A DNA stretch of 64,000 bases from Bryobacteraceae bacterium. GTDB lineage: Bacteria > Acidobacteriota > Terriglobia > Bryobacterales > Bryobacteraceae. The translations under genes and the position numbers were made by a program. The notes below the pieces were generated by a model. The model saw only the letters and a list, made by a program, of their open reading frames with translations, did no database searches and was not told the origin of the DNA. The stretch is taken from assembly GCA_028275505.1 (NCBI GenBank), contig JAPWUP010000002.1, forward strand, positions 9,965-73,964, written 5' to 3'. Shown one piece after another: positions 35,213 through 45,597 of the stretch (position 1 is its first letter; every line of letters begins with the position of its first letter).

Positions 35213-35995
35213 TTAGCCAGGCAGCGCCAGCGTGTTGTAGGCAGGACGCGACAGCGGCGTGCGGTCTTCGCGCCGCACCTCGGCATCGAACAGCCGGTAT
35301 CCGTATCCGCGGAGCATGGCTCCGACCTCGTCGGCGTTCTCGTCGTAAACCTCGAGCAGCAGCCTCGGCCGCGCCTCGCCCAGTACCCGCTCCCCGCCGC
35401 GCAGCGCCAGCACCTCAGCGCCCTCGATGTCAATCTTCAGCACCGCCGGCGCGGGAAACCAGCCCAGCAGCCAATCAAGCGTCACCGTTATCACCCATTG
35501 CCTTTCCCGTTCACCGCCGGTTTGCGACCCCAGCCCCCGTAAGTAGTTCGAGCACCGCCCGCGCTTTGCAATACAGAACTCGGCTACGCCCACGCGATCC
35601 GATACGGCAGCCGAAAGCACGGTCACGGCAGCACTGCTCGCCGGCTGGCAGCACGCCGACCGACGCAGCAGGGAGACCAGCCATTGATCCGCTTCAATAG
35701 CCAGCACACGCCCGGTCGCGCCCGCCCGCGCCGCCGCAGCAAAGGTGAACAGGCCCACGTTCGCGCCGACGTCCCACACCACATCGCCGGGGTGCACGAG
35801 GTCCTGCGCGGACCGGAGCAGCGACCGGTCCACCCTGGCAATATCGCGCCGCCAAAATGCCAGACGAGCGTCCGGGCTAACATAGAGCGGAGCGCGCCCA
35901 AACTCCTCGGGCAGGTGCCTCCTTATCACCCGTCCACGGGCGAGCAGTTCCGCAACGCGGCGGATCGTCCCGCCTAAGGCACCCGTTCGCAACAT
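35213..35995 (-). CDS. FkbM-family methyltransferase
   Basis: VWDVGANVGLFTFAAAARAGATGRVLAIEA ... LKIDIEGAE. Confidence 0.75.
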   Translation of the reverse strand: MLRTGALGGTIRRVAELLARGRVIRRHLPEEFGRAPLYVSPDARLAFWRRDIARVDRSLLRSAQDLVHPGDVVWDVGANVGLFTFAAAARAGATGRVLAIEADQWLVSLLRRSACCQPASSAAVTVLSAAVSDRVGVAEFCIAKRGRCSNYLRGLGSQTGGERERQWVITVTLDWLLGWFPAPAVLKIDIEGAEVLALRGGERVLGEARPRLLLEVYDENADEVGAMLRGYGYRLFDAEVRREDRTPLSRPAYNTLALPG

Positions 35996-36033
35996 CCCGC
36001 GTCAGCCTCCTCCTGGCAGGTGCCCGCCGCAAC

Positions 36034-36636
36034 TCACGCCGGCTCGCGTTCCGCGGTTCCGAGCACTCTCGCCGCCTTGAGGATGGCGGCCACGCTGGTT
36101 GAGTCCGTGATTCGCCCGTCCATTACCATCTGTACGCAGTCATCAAACGGCACCAGTCGGCACGTGATCCTCTCGAATGGGTCGGGGTGGCTACCCACGT
36201 ACTCAAGCTCCATGGCGAGGAAAAGATGCGCACGATCCGTGGTGACAGCGTTCGAATTGTCAACGGTTCCGAGGCTACGCCAACTCCTAGCCCGCAAACC
36301 AGCCTCCTCCTCGAGCTCTCGCCGTGCTGCTGCCAAGGGATCTTCGCTACGCCCGCAAAATCCGGTCGGGACTTCCCATGAAAAACGTCCGAGCGGGTAG
36401 CGCCATTGACCGACCAGGCAAACCCGACCCAGTTCGTCAACCGCCACTATGCCAACGGAGGGCGGCAACTCCACCACGCCGTAGATGCCCTCCTGACCAT
36501 CCGGTCGGATGACCTGGTCTTCCCTAACGCTGAACCAAGGATTCTCGTACACACGTCGGCTGGCTACGGTTCGCCATGGGTTACCCGTTTCTCCCCGGTC
36601 TGGGGGCCTACCAACGCACTGGTTCCAATTGTTCAC
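36034..36636 (-). CDS. NUDIX hydrolase (nucleoside-diphosphate-sugar pyrophosphatase type)
   Basis: Nudix box GFCGRSEDPLAAARRELEEEAGL. N-terminal WRTVASRRVYENPWFSVRED. The start is uncertain (GTG 36636 or further upstream to 36714). Confidence 0.7.
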   Translation of the reverse strand: MNNWNQCVGRPPDRGETGNPWRTVASRRVYENPWFSVREDQVIRPDGQEGIYGVVELPPSVGIVAVDELGRVCLVGQWRYPLGRFSWEVPTGFCGRSEDPLAAARRELEEEAGLRARSWRSLGTVDNSNAVTTDRAHLFLAMELEYVGSHPDPFERITCRLVPFDDCVQMVMDGRITDSTSVAAILKAARVLGTAEREPA

Positions 36637-37927
36637 GCGCGGTCTCCGTCCGTGTATGCTCGTACCGACGTTTTGCCTCCAGAGCCGCCTCGTAGTGCCT
36701 CGGTGGAGCGACAACCGAATCCAACCAGGCGCCGTCCGGGCACCTCGCTGGGGCGCGTTGCAATGGCTCGACCCCGAAGTGCCGGCAGGTGTTCACGGCC
36801 AAACTGAAAGCAAGCGTGAATTTCCCCGGAAGCACCACGGTGCAGTGGTCGGTGTCCCGAATGTGGTATTGATAGTTGCGAAGCTGCGTTGCGCCGACCA
36901 GCTCGGTCTTTGGGCCGAAATAGGCGGACCAAACATGACTGCCCGCCTCGGGAAACACTTGCTCCAGTCGGCGCCGCATGATTTGCAGGGCAACCTCCCG
37001 GCTTTCGTCCGAGTCCACGTCATAGTACAAGGCGCTACCCACGACCGAGTATTCCACGTCACCCGCCCGGTGATACAGATGGTTGATCGTCTGGTCCGGT
37101 CTCGGAGTCATGCGGACAAAGTTCAGGGCAGCCAGAGCGGGATACACCACAAGCAACGGGCTGAAAACCCGCCGCACACGGACCCCGGCAAGCCGCTCGG
37201 CTTCGGCCCCAGCGGCCACCACAATATGTCTTGCCCGCACAGTGCCCCGATCAATGACGACTTCGTTTTTCCGAATCTCTCGCGCCGGGCTGTTAAGGAA
37301 GAGGTCTCCGCCCCAACCCAGAAACGAAGCTGTCAAGTCCTTGGCAATCAACCGCGTGTTCATCGTGCGATCCCTGCTTTTTAGCACGACTGCCAGCCTG
37401 CCGAGCTCGACCCCCAGCACCCCCTTGCGCTTCACGAGTTCGACCGAAACCTTTCGCTCCACGCGCCGCACCTGATCGCTCAGGACGCGAGCAAAATCAA
37501 GATTTTCGAACCACGCCAGCCGACGCTCGGCGCGATGGATCGCCACCCACCAGGGCAACTTCCACCGCAAGGGTATTTCGGCGGCGCGCGGGCTTACGTA
37601 GGCGTAAAAAATGGTGTGGTTACTGAACCAGCCTTCAGGGCTCGTAGTGTGGATGTTCCTGCCCGCACGCAAATTCATGTTTGGGAAACAAGCATAATAA
37701 TCAAGCAAATCGTCCACATTGCCGACCAGCGTGCGGAAAAAAGCGTTGGTTGGTAGCGCCGCATAAAGAGCCCCAGCGTGAAACCAGGAGTGCTGGGCAG
37801 CGGACGCCTCACTGCACAGCTTATCGGTCCGCTCGAGCAAGGCAACCGACCTCCCCGAGCGAGCGAGCAGCTCCGCCACCGCCAACCCGGCAATGCCGCC
37901 TCCGACTACACAAAAGTCGTACACCAT
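36608..37927 (-). CDS. FAD-dependent oxidoreductase (DAO-like)
   Basis: ATG 37927 preceded by GGAGGG. YDFCVVGGGIAGLAVAELLARSG dinucleotide-binding motif. Confidence 0.7.
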   Translation of the reverse strand: MVYDFCVVGGGIAGLAVAELLARSGRSVALLERTDKLCSEASAAQHSWFHAGALYAALPTNAFFRTLVGNVDDLLDYYACFPNMNLRAGRNIHTTSPEGWFSNHTIFYAYVSPRAAEIPLRWKLPWWVAIHRAERRLAWFENLDFARVLSDQVRRVERKVSVELVKRKGVLGVELGRLAVVLKSRDRTMNTRLIAKDLTASFLGWGGDLFLNSPAREIRKNEVVIDRGTVRARHIVVAAGAEAERLAGVRVRRVFSPLLVVYPALAALNFVRMTPRPDQTINHLYHRAGDVEYSVVGSALYYDVDSDESREVALQIMRRRLEQVFPEAGSHVWSAYFGPKTELVGATQLRNYQYHIRDTDHCTVVLPGKFTLAFSLAVNTCRHFGVEPLQRAPARCPDGAWLDSVVAPPRHYEAALEAKRRYEHTRTETAREQLEPVRW

Positions 37928-37953
37928 GCCTTTTCCCTCCGGCAGGCGCAGGG

Positions 37954-39072
37954 CTAAAGAATCGCGCGCAAAACCTCTACCACGTATTCGGCTTCCTCGC
38001 GGGTCATACCGTAATAGATGGGCAGACACACGTGGCGCGAGCAGAACTCCTCGGCGCCCTGGAAGTGATCAGGCGGCGTACCCGCGAAAACCGGTTGCCT
38101 GTGCAACGGAAGATCGTAAACGCCGCCGGCGAATGCCACGCCGCGCTCTTTTGCGGCCCCTTTGAATTTTTCCCGGTCAACCCCCTGGGGAAGCAGGATG
38201 ATGTACTTGTACCAGCTCGACCGACCGTGTGGCAGGATGGGCTGGACCCCTTCAAGTGATTGAAGGCGGCTGGTGTAAAGCGCGGCAATTCCCTCGCGCC
38301 ACCGAATCATTTCGTCCAGCCGCTTCAACTGAACTACGCCGACGGCCGCCGCTAGCTCGTTCAACCGCCAGTTGGCGCCCAGTTCCGTGCTGTAGGTCAC
38401 CCAAGGTTCCGGCTTGCCGTAGTTCCGCAGTAGGGCCACCTTTTTTGCCAAGCTCTGATCGTCACTGACCACCATCCCCCCCTCGCCGCAAGTCATTACC
38501 TTCGTCGAAAAGAACGAATAGGCCCCGCCGATACCAAACGTCCCAGCTCGTTTGCCGTTCAATTCGCTTCCGTGGGCGTGGGCGCAGTCCTCGAATAACC
38601 ACAGGCCCCTCGAGCTGCACCAATCTCGTATCGCTTCAATCTCCGGCGAAATGATGCCGCCGATATGGACCATGATCACGCCAGCTGTCCTGGAAGAAAC
38701 GGAACGGCGAAGGATATCGAGATTGGGCGCCGCTGTTCGGGGATCGATGTCGACCAGCTTGACCTGCCCCCCTGCGAGGAGCACGGCGGCAGCCGTTGCC
38801 AGGAACGTGTTGGTGGGCACCAACACCTCCTTGCCACGGACATCCAATGCCCACATCGCTACTTCCAGGGCGGCACCCCCGCTGCTCACCGCGAGCGCGT
38901 AGCGACACCCGCAATATTCAGCGAAGCGTTCTTCGAATTCCCGCACGTTGCTTCCCTGGGCGACCTGCCCCTCGGCCAGGCACCTCTCGATCCGCTGGTG
39001 GATCTCTTTCCGGTCCTCTTCCGGAAACCAAAGCCTCAGTGGAGGAATCTTGCGTGTAGCGGTCGTCATCAA
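37954..39072 (-). CDS. DegT/DnrJ/EryC1/StrS-family PLP-dependent sugar aminotransferase
   Basis: GGAALEVAMWAL, DCAHAHG, YSFFSTKVMTCGEGGMVV. Confidence 0.85.
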   Translation of the reverse strand: MMTTATRKIPPLRLWFPEEDRKEIHQRIERCLAEGQVAQGSNVREFEERFAEYCGCRYALAVSSGGAALEVAMWALDVRGKEVLVPTNTFLATAAAVLLAGGQVKLVDIDPRTAAPNLDILRRSVSSRTAGVIMVHIGGIISPEIEAIRDWCSSRGLWLFEDCAHAHGSELNGKRAGTFGIGGAYSFFSTKVMTCGEGGMVVSDDQSLAKKVALLRNYGKPEPWVTYSTELGANWRLNELAAAVGVVQLKRLDEMIRWREGIAALYTSRLQSLEGVQPILPHGRSSWYKYIILLPQGVDREKFKGAAKERGVAFAGGVYDLPLHRQPVFAGTPPDHFQGAEEFCSRHVCLPIYYGMTREEAEYVVEVLRAIL

Positions 39073-40010
39073 TGCTTCCTCTCAGAATCCGTCGGCGCCA
39101 GCCGATCCTCCCACGCTCTTGAGCCGGTGTACTCCGAGCGCAGGCATGCTCGCTCCAAGCCAAACTTCCTCGCCTCGTAAATCTTCGCGTCGACCAAAAA
39201 GCGGTACCAAAAGGCTTGCAGGAAGTGAAAGATAAGGCCTTCCGTGCCGTCAAGGAATCCTAGCCGAAGGAAGTAACGGTACGCAAAATACAGAAAGCTT
39301 CGCAAGAAGAGGGGAGTTCGAGCGTAGATGTTGCCCTTCAACCAGCGAGTGCGTTGTTCCTGCGTTCCTGTCAGCCGCGCCCGAACCGTGCCCTCGGCCA
39401 GGGTGCCGTAACCCATCAGAGCCATCGTGTCGAGCATCTCACCCAGCGCCCAGTGGTTGTGTTTATCGACCCAGTAGGTCAGGCCGCGGCGGTTGTTGTC
39501 AGTGAAATCCAAAGCAAGCTTTCTTGCCTTGCCCCACCGAAGTACGACATGTTCTTCGGTCGTGTCCTCATATCTGCCGGCGTCTTTGCGAAACAACCGC
39601 AGGATCCACCTCGGGTACATGCCGCCGTGCTTCATCCACCGACCCATGAAGTACAAGCGTCGGCGCAGGTAGATGCCAGTGACATCATCGCCTGTGTTTG
39701 CCAAGGCGGCTGAGACGCGTTGGCCGAAGTCGCCCGCCACGGTCTCGTCGGCATCCAGGCGGAGCACCCAGTCATGACGCAACGGTATGTTGTCCAACGC
39801 CCAGTTGAACTGCTTGGCCTGGTTCTCAAAGGCATGCTGGTAGACCCGCGCGCCGCAGCGTTCAGCGATCTCGCACGTCCGGTCCGTGCTGAAGGAGTCC
39901 ACCACGACGATTTCCCCTACCTGTCCCTGAATGCTTTCTAGCAGGAAGGGCAGATTTAACTCCTCGTTATACGTGAGGACCACCAGTGACACAGGTGCAC
40001 CCGCAACCAT
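39069..40010 (-). CDS. Glycosyltransferase family 2
   Basis: VSLVVLTYNEELNLPFLLESI ... VVVDSFSTDRT ... RLDADE. Confidence 0.8.
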   Translation of the reverse strand: MVAGAPVSLVVLTYNEELNLPFLLESIQGQVGEIVVVDSFSTDRTCEIAERCGARVYQHAFENQAKQFNWALDNIPLRHDWVLRLDADETVAGDFGQRVSAALANTGDDVTGIYLRRRLYFMGRWMKHGGMYPRWILRLFRKDAGRYEDTTEEHVVLRWGKARKLALDFTDNNRRGLTYWVDKHNHWALGEMLDTMALMGYGTLAEGTVRARLTGTQEQRTRWLKGNIYARTPLFLRSFLYFAYRYFLRLGFLDGTEGLIFHFLQAFWYRFLVDAKIYEARKFGLERACLRSEYTGSRAWEDRLAPTDSERKH

Positions 40011-40127
40011 ATCAGCGCCTCAGTCTCAAAACCTTCGAACATGGAGGTTACCTGCGAACCTCGCGTGAATGGGTCACGGCCCACAGCCTCTGAGACCAGC
40101 TAAACCGGGTCTCGGTGGAGGATCCGC

Positions 40128-40721
40128 TCACGGCGTGCTTGTAAGCTTGTGCGGCAGCCCCGGTTCGCCCGCCACCATCGCGCGACATTTGACGGGCTTA
40201 GCGGGATTGCCGACCGCCACACACCACGCTGGTAGGCTCCGGTGCACCGACGATCGAGCTCCAACGACACAGCCCTCATCGATCGTTACGCCGGGTCCCA
40301 CGTACACGTCCGCCGCAACCCAGGCCCAGTCTCCTATCTTGATGGGCCTTGCAATGAGCGGCATCTCGCGCTTGTTGTAATCGTAGGTGGCAGTGCAAAG
40401 GTAGCTGTATTGGGACACCGTCGCAAATGCTCCGACATGAACCGGGGCGACGTTGTAACAATCTACGTATGAGCCCAGACAAGAGTGATCGCCCATCTCG
40501 AGGTTCCAAGGCGCCCAGATCCTGACCGAAGGGTACACGTGCACACGGCGCCCGATCCTGGCCCCGAACAGCCGTAGCAGCCACCGCCGCCACGCGTGAA
40601 AGATCCTTGGGCTGGACCGAAACAGGAGCAGCCAGACTATCCCCCACATGGCCCTCAACGCGCGGTTGCCCAAGCTGAACGGGCTAGGCCACGGATTCTC
40701 ATCAAGTTTTGGAACTGACAT
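40128..40721 (-). CDS. Hexapeptide-repeat O-acetyltransferase (WcaF-like)
   Basis: ATG 40721 (TAATG overlap with the upstream stop). N-terminal helix, then IGDWAWVAADVYVGPGVTIDEGCVVGARSSV. Confidence 0.75.
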   Translation of the reverse strand: MSVPKLDENPWPSPFSLGNRALRAMWGIVWLLLFRSSPRIFHAWRRWLLRLFGARIGRRVHVYPSVRIWAPWNLEMGDHSCLGSYVDCYNVAPVHVGAFATVSQYSYLCTATYDYNKREMPLIARPIKIGDWAWVAADVYVGPGVTIDEGCVVGARSSVHRSLPAWCVAVGNPAKPVKCRAMVAGEPGLPHKLTSTP

Positions 40722-41890
40722 TAATCCGTCTGCACCCATTCCGGTTTCGGCCCTCCGCCCAGAACCCACTCGTAAACGGCTTTCATCTGTTGGGCGATCT
40801 TCGGCCACGAAAAACGCTCTTCGACTAAGCGCCGCCCGCGCTCGCCCATGGCCTCCCGCTCGGCGTCGCTCATCCGAAACAGCTCCCACAGGCCCGCCGC
40901 AATGGATGCCGGCTCGGGATCTACCTGCACAGCCGCACCAGCGGCGAGTCCCTCCGGCAAGTTGCACTGGGGAGTCATCACCACCGGCAAGCCATGCGCC
41001 CAGGCCTCCAGGACCGCAACGGGCAGGCCTTCGCTGAACGAGGGAAGCACAAAGGCTGTGGCACGATGGAAGCTGGCGGCCTTGTCTTCGCCGAATTGCG
41101 GCCCCGCAAACACAACGGTTTCCGCAATGCAGAGTTCCTCGGCCAATCGCCTCAGCTCTGCCTCATGGCCGCCTTGGTCCCAACCCGCGATCACCAGCCG
41201 CCATTTACTGGATCCGCGTTCTCGCGCCGACAGGCGCCACGCCCGCAACAAATTGGGCAGGCCCTTCTTGGGATGCAGCCGTCCGAGATACAAAAGCACT
41301 TTCGCTCCGTCCGGCAGGTCGGCCTCCCAACGAGTCGGCTTCGAAACTTGCTGGCGGGGCAGGTCCACGCCGTTCGGAACGACGGCGACCGGATTACGCA
41401 AACCATAGGTACGGATCGCTTGCAGCTCCGAGTCGCACAGCGCATGAATGCAGGCAGCGCCACGAAGGTTGGCATTCTCGTAGGCCCAAGCCGCCAGGCG
41501 CTTCTTCCACGCCGAATTGCGCAGCGCCCAAGGATCGAGCATTCCGCGCGGGGAGACAACGTAGCGTCGGTCATTTCCACGCCCCCACCTCCAGCAAGCC
41601 ACCGAGGGGTACATCCACAGACCATGAAGGTGTACGAGGTCCGGCCTCTCCTGCTCGAGTAGACGGAGCAGCTCGGGGCAATATCCGAACGCCGCCGGTC
41701 CTAGCACGTTCCCGGCAAAGACGTCAACGCCTGTCCACGCTGGACGGTCCCTCTCCGTGTCTGGATCCCGCAATGTGAATACCTTCACCGTCACGGCGTC
41801 CACATTGAGCTGTTGAGCCAGCCGCCTCACGGAATAGAAGAAACCGCCTCCCCGGCGCGAAATGGAGGCCGTCAGAAATCCGATCGTCAT
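40721..41890 (-). CDS. Glycosyltransferase, GT-B fold (GT4)
   Basis: GGGFFYSVRRLAQ, LHGLWMY, VLPSFSEGLPVAVLEAWAHGLPVVMT. Confidence 0.8.
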   Translation of the reverse strand: MTIGFLTASISRRGGGFFYSVRRLAQQLNVDAVTVKVFTLRDPDTERDRPAWTGVDVFAGNVLGPAAFGYCPELLRLLEQERPDLVHLHGLWMYPSVACWRWGRGNDRRYVVSPRGMLDPWALRNSAWKKRLAAWAYENANLRGAACIHALCDSELQAIRTYGLRNPVAVVPNGVDLPRQQVSKPTRWEADLPDGAKVLLYLGRLHPKKGLPNLLRAWRLSARERGSSKWRLVIAGWDQGGHEAELRRLAEELCIAETVVFAGPQFGEDKAASFHRATAFVLPSFSEGLPVAVLEAWAHGLPVVMTPQCNLPEGLAAGAAVQVDPEPASIAAGLWELFRMSDAEREAMGERGRRLVEERFSWPKIAQQMKAVYEWVLGGGPKPEWVQTD

Positions 41891-43077
41891 AGAAAGGTGG
41901 CTGGGCGGTGTATCAATGCCCAGAGCAGGAACTTATCCAACAGCGTGGCTTTGGGCCGCGGAGCAGCGAGTGCAGCTTCGACGGCCTTCACCAGGTTCGT
42001 TGCGAAGGTTTCCGGCGTCCAGCGGCTGATAATCTCGCGCGAGGCTTGTCCCATTGCCGCCCGCTCTGCGTCGCTCATCGTGCTCATGCGCACCATCAGG
42101 CGGGCCAGCCCTTCGATGTCATAGGGATCGAAAGTAAACCCGTTCCGCCCCTCCTCGACCAGTTCCGGTGCACAGCCGCAACGGTTAGAGACAAGTACGG
42201 GTAGCCCGGCGGCCATGGCTTCGTTCACCACGAGGCCCCAGGTCTCGGACACACTCGGAAGGATAAGGACTCCAGCCCGCGCGTACAACGCCGGCAGTTC
42301 GCCATACTGAACGAAACCGGGCAGTCGAACCGAACCGTCGAGTCCGAGCATCCTAATGGCTTGTACGAGCTTATCCCTTTCCGGGCCGTCGCCAGCCAGG
42401 ACCAGGTCCCAAGCCGAGCTGCCGGCCGCCTGGCGATACCGGGCGTAAGCTTCCAGCAGGCGCGGAAGGTTCTTCACAGGGTCAAAACGGCAACACACCA
42501 GAAAGGACGACCGGGCTGCCACGCCGCCCTCATCTGGGAACCGGAAGGCCTGAAAATGGGCATTGTCCACCACGGGGTAACCGGGAAAGATTGCCGTTTC
42601 GGTAAACCCGAGAAGGCGAAGGTATTCGATTTGGCGGCCCCCACCTGTCAACGCCGAGGAGTACAGGCGGAGCAAGCGCCCTTTCACCCACTCGGCGAGA
42701 GAAATTCGGCGCTTGTCCAGGACCGTGCTGTCTGCCATGAGCACCGCCGGGATGGCCTTGTGGAGACACCAATTGAGCGCCAGTAGCGCGTAAGGCGCAG
42801 ACCAGCCGGGGATGGCTACTGCTCGAGGGTGCTCCTTTTCCAGACATGAATAAAGCCTGCGGCGGAGCTCGCGCAGCGAAGGCTGATTACCTTCCAGTTC
42901 AGGGAACAGCGTCACGCGACGAAACCCCCGCGCGTCATGGATGACATCCCACTGGTACGTGCTGTCCTTGCGAACTACCTCGATGCCAACCACGGGGGCT
43001 TTGGCCGCCACGGCCCGCACACGCGCACAGTGGTAAGGGCCGAAGCGGTGGAAGATGATCGCGACGGGGCGTTCCAT
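41887..43077 (-). CDS. Glycosyltransferase, GT-B fold (GT4)
   Basis: ATG 43077, 1 nt after the upstream stop. ILPSVSETWGLVVNEAMAAGLPVLVSNRCG. Confidence 0.75.
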   Translation of the reverse strand: MERPVAIIFHRFGPYHCARVRAVAAKAPVVGIEVVRKDSTYQWDVIHDARGFRRVTLFPELEGNQPSLRELRRRLYSCLEKEHPRAVAIPGWSAPYALLALNWCLHKAIPAVLMADSTVLDKRRISLAEWVKGRLLRLYSSALTGGGRQIEYLRLLGFTETAIFPGYPVVDNAHFQAFRFPDEGGVAARSSFLVCCRFDPVKNLPRLLEAYARYRQAAGSSAWDLVLAGDGPERDKLVQAIRMLGLDGSVRLPGFVQYGELPALYARAGVLILPSVSETWGLVVNEAMAAGLPVLVSNRCGCAPELVEEGRNGFTFDPYDIEGLARLMVRMSTMSDAERAAMGQASREIISRWTPETFATNLVKAVEAALAAPRPKATLLDKFLLWALIHRPATFL

Positions 43078-43078
43078 T

Positions 43079-44329
43079 TCAGGGGGTGTTGGCGGCGAGC
43101 GTAGTCTGATCATTTGCTTGAGCGCCCCGGATCGCCGCCAGCAGCCGCTCGCCGTACTTTTCAACAGTGAACTCGCGGGAGCGGGCAAGAGCGTTGGCGG
43201 ACATCCAGGCGAGCAAGTCGCGGTCGCGGGCCAGCCGCTCGAGTTTTTCCGCGATGGCCTCGGCATCGCGGATGGGTACGATGAAACCGTCCACCCCGTC
43301 GCGGACGACGCTGCCTGCGTTCGGCGTCGTGATGACGGGCAAGCCCGCGGCCAGGGCTTCGTAGCACACGGTCGCTGACCCTTCGCAGATCGAGGGCAGC
43401 AGAAAGACGTCGGCCCATCCGTAGTGTTCGGCCATCTGGGGTCGGGGTACGGCGCCTACAAGATCAATGTGCCGCCGCATCTCTGCGGCCGCGTTTTCCA
43501 TCAGACCAACCGGTCCGACCCACCGGAACTGAGCTATGCCCTTCGTGAGCTGCGCCGCCCGGAGGACGTACGGAGCGCCCTTTCGAAGGCCCACGGCCCC
43601 GGCCACCAACACGCGCAGTTCGCGAACGCAGGCCGTCTTTGGCGTCGCCTGCCAGGGCGGATCAAAGCCATAAGGAACCACTCGACAGCGCTCAATCGGG
43701 CCACCACATGCGGCAATGCCTTGGCGCACGAAATCCGAACCACAAAGGATCAGTTCCGCACAGTTCCATTCCGCTCGTTCGCGGGCTGCGAATTCGGCCC
43801 GGTAACGATCCGGTCCAGCGGGCCGCTCCCAGCCCGGGAAAGCGTCTTGCTCCTCCGCGAGCAACCTATCCTCGATCTCGGCAGGTGCGATCGTCTGCTC
43901 CATTACGCAGAACAAGCCCCGCGCTCGTGCGTGCTCCAATAGCTCGAGGCCAGCCGAATTGAACGTGTAAACGCCTGTTGCGCCGCCGAGACCGTGCCGT
44001 ACGATCCGCCGGCAGAACTCGCGGCCCGCCCAAAGATGAACTCTGGTCAGCTCCGCAGGAGACCTGGCTCTTCGCTGGCGCAAGTTGTACTCGAAAGCGA
44101 ATCCCGGCCAGTGAGTCAGCTTGCGGGCGGGTATGCCCTCCGGCACTCGGGCCGCCATGCGCGCAAGCAAACCGTTCGACCAACCCACGGCACTCAACAG
44201 CTTCCAGACGCCCTTGGTAGAGGCGAAGTCCGTGTACAGACGTTCCAGCATCCCCGCGGCCTCCAGAATCCGCGGTACGGCATAATGCATCCGGGCGCCG
44301 AGCTGGGCAACGGCAACCATTGACGGCAT
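43079..44329 (-). CDS. Glycosyltransferase, GT-B fold (GT4)
   Basis: FLLPSICEGSATVCYEALAAGLPVITTPNAGSVVRDGVDGFIV. Confidence 0.75.
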   Translation of the reverse strand: MPSMVAVAQLGARMHYAVPRILEAAGMLERLYTDFASTKGVWKLLSAVGWSNGLLARMAARVPEGIPARKLTHWPGFAFEYNLRQRRARSPAELTRVHLWAGREFCRRIVRHGLGGATGVYTFNSAGLELLEHARARGLFCVMEQTIAPAEIEDRLLAEEQDAFPGWERPAGPDRYRAEFAARERAEWNCAELILCGSDFVRQGIAACGGPIERCRVVPYGFDPPWQATPKTACVRELRVLVAGAVGLRKGAPYVLRAAQLTKGIAQFRWVGPVGLMENAAAEMRRHIDLVGAVPRPQMAEHYGWADVFLLPSICEGSATVCYEALAAGLPVITTPNAGSVVRDGVDGFIVPIRDAEAIAEKLERLARDRDLLAWMSANALARSREFTVEKYGERLLAAIRGAQANDQTTLAANTP

Positions 44330-44355
44330 TTACAGTCGCCCGTACAGGTGCCGGG

Positions 44356-45597
44356 CTACCGGAAGCAGCGCTCTCTCCACAGGCGAATGATTTCCGATGC
44401 CAACAGCCTTCCGCGACGCTCGAAGTGCAACTCGTCCTGAAAAGCACGCCGCACCAACTGGCGTCGCTCCGTCAGTCCCGGCGGGCCTTCGACAACCCTT
44501 CGGATGGCTTCTGCTATCGCCCCCGGCTCATACGGGTTACAACAACTGCCCAGGTTCCATTTGTAAACTAAGGCCTCGAGATTCGGCACGTCCGACGTCA
44601 CCACCGGTACTGAAGCGGCGAGATAGTCCGCGAGCCGTCCGGAGTTGGCCATCCAGTACCCGCTGCTTTGCCTCCAATCGTTCAACACTACACCTATATC
44701 CGCGCACGCCAGGTATCGCCCCAGCTCCCAATAGGGCACTGGATCAAGCATCGTGATGCGCCCCGCCAATCTCGGCGATCGGGCCAGCGTTTGACATTCC
44801 AGGGCGTACTTGCCGGAACCCCTAAAGGTAAGCAGAACGTACTCGTCAGGAAGCAATGTGAAAGCCTCGATCAACTCCCGGTGAAGCCGCGCTGGTGACG
44901 CTACTGAGGCGCAGACCACAAGGATCCGACCGCCATTGCCTAGCAACGCGCTTCGGAGGCTTTCATCTCTCGGTGGAGGCAGTTCCTCTCGGAGGGGAAA
45001 GTTGGGCACCCACAATGGCATTCGCTCTAGACCGTATAACGTCTGCATCAGCCGGGCACGGCTGCGGTCAACATTTACGCAGAGGTCTGCGATCAGGCAA
45101 AAGTGTCTTTCATACCAACGATGGATCCAGAGATGGAGGTTCGGCTCCAGCCAGTCAAACGTGTGGTAGACCAGGGTCCGCGCCAACCTATGGGGTTTGC
45201 CGGCTCCTGCGAGCAAGATCACGGGGACCGTCCAGCTGTCAATGACATAGATCAGGTCAGGATGCCACCTTCCCACCACCCTTCGAAAATTCAAGGCTGC
45301 CCGCAGAAGCGTCACTACCTTCGAGCAATTTGAGGCATCTTCGCGGCAAAGGCTTAAAAACTCAACAGACTCAGCAAGAGACATTGGGCGTTTACCAGCT
45401 TCGACTGCAACGTACTGGGTATCGAATCCTTGCTGAGCCAGAAAATTCAGAAGCCTAACGATGTGTGGGCTTTTGCCTAGTTCGCTCCAACGCAACACCA
45501 GCACTCTCGGCACAGGTGGCTTCGGCGCTCGTAGAGCATCAGGGCCAAGGTAACTTAGGTCCTTTTTTGCTTTATAATTTTTTGCCAACACGCGCAC
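44356..45597 (-). CDS. Probable glycosyltransferase (GT-B-like), divergent
   Basis: The C-terminal half has a GT-B donor-domain flavour (ADYLAASVPVVTSDVPNLEALV). The start is uncertain (GTG 45597/45591). The long ORF-track extension overlaps the upstream gene. Confidence 0.5.
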   Translation of the reverse strand: MRVLAKNYKAKKDLSYLGPDALRAPKPPVPRVLVLRWSELGKSPHIVRLLNFLAQQGFDTQYVAVEAGKRPMSLAESVEFLSLCREDASNCSKVVTLLRAALNFRRVVGRWHPDLIYVIDSWTVPVILLAGAGKPHRLARTLVYHTFDWLEPNLHLWIHRWYERHFCLIADLCVNVDRSRARLMQTLYGLERMPLWVPNFPLREELPPPRDESLRSALLGNGGRILVVCASVASPARLHRELIEAFTLLPDEYVLLTFRGSGKYALECQTLARSPRLAGRITMLDPVPYWELGRYLACADIGVVLNDWRQSSGYWMANSGRLADYLAASVPVVTSDVPNLEALVYKWNLGSCCNPYEPGAIAEAIRRVVEGPPGLTERRQLVRRAFQDELHFERRGRLLASEIIRLWRERCFR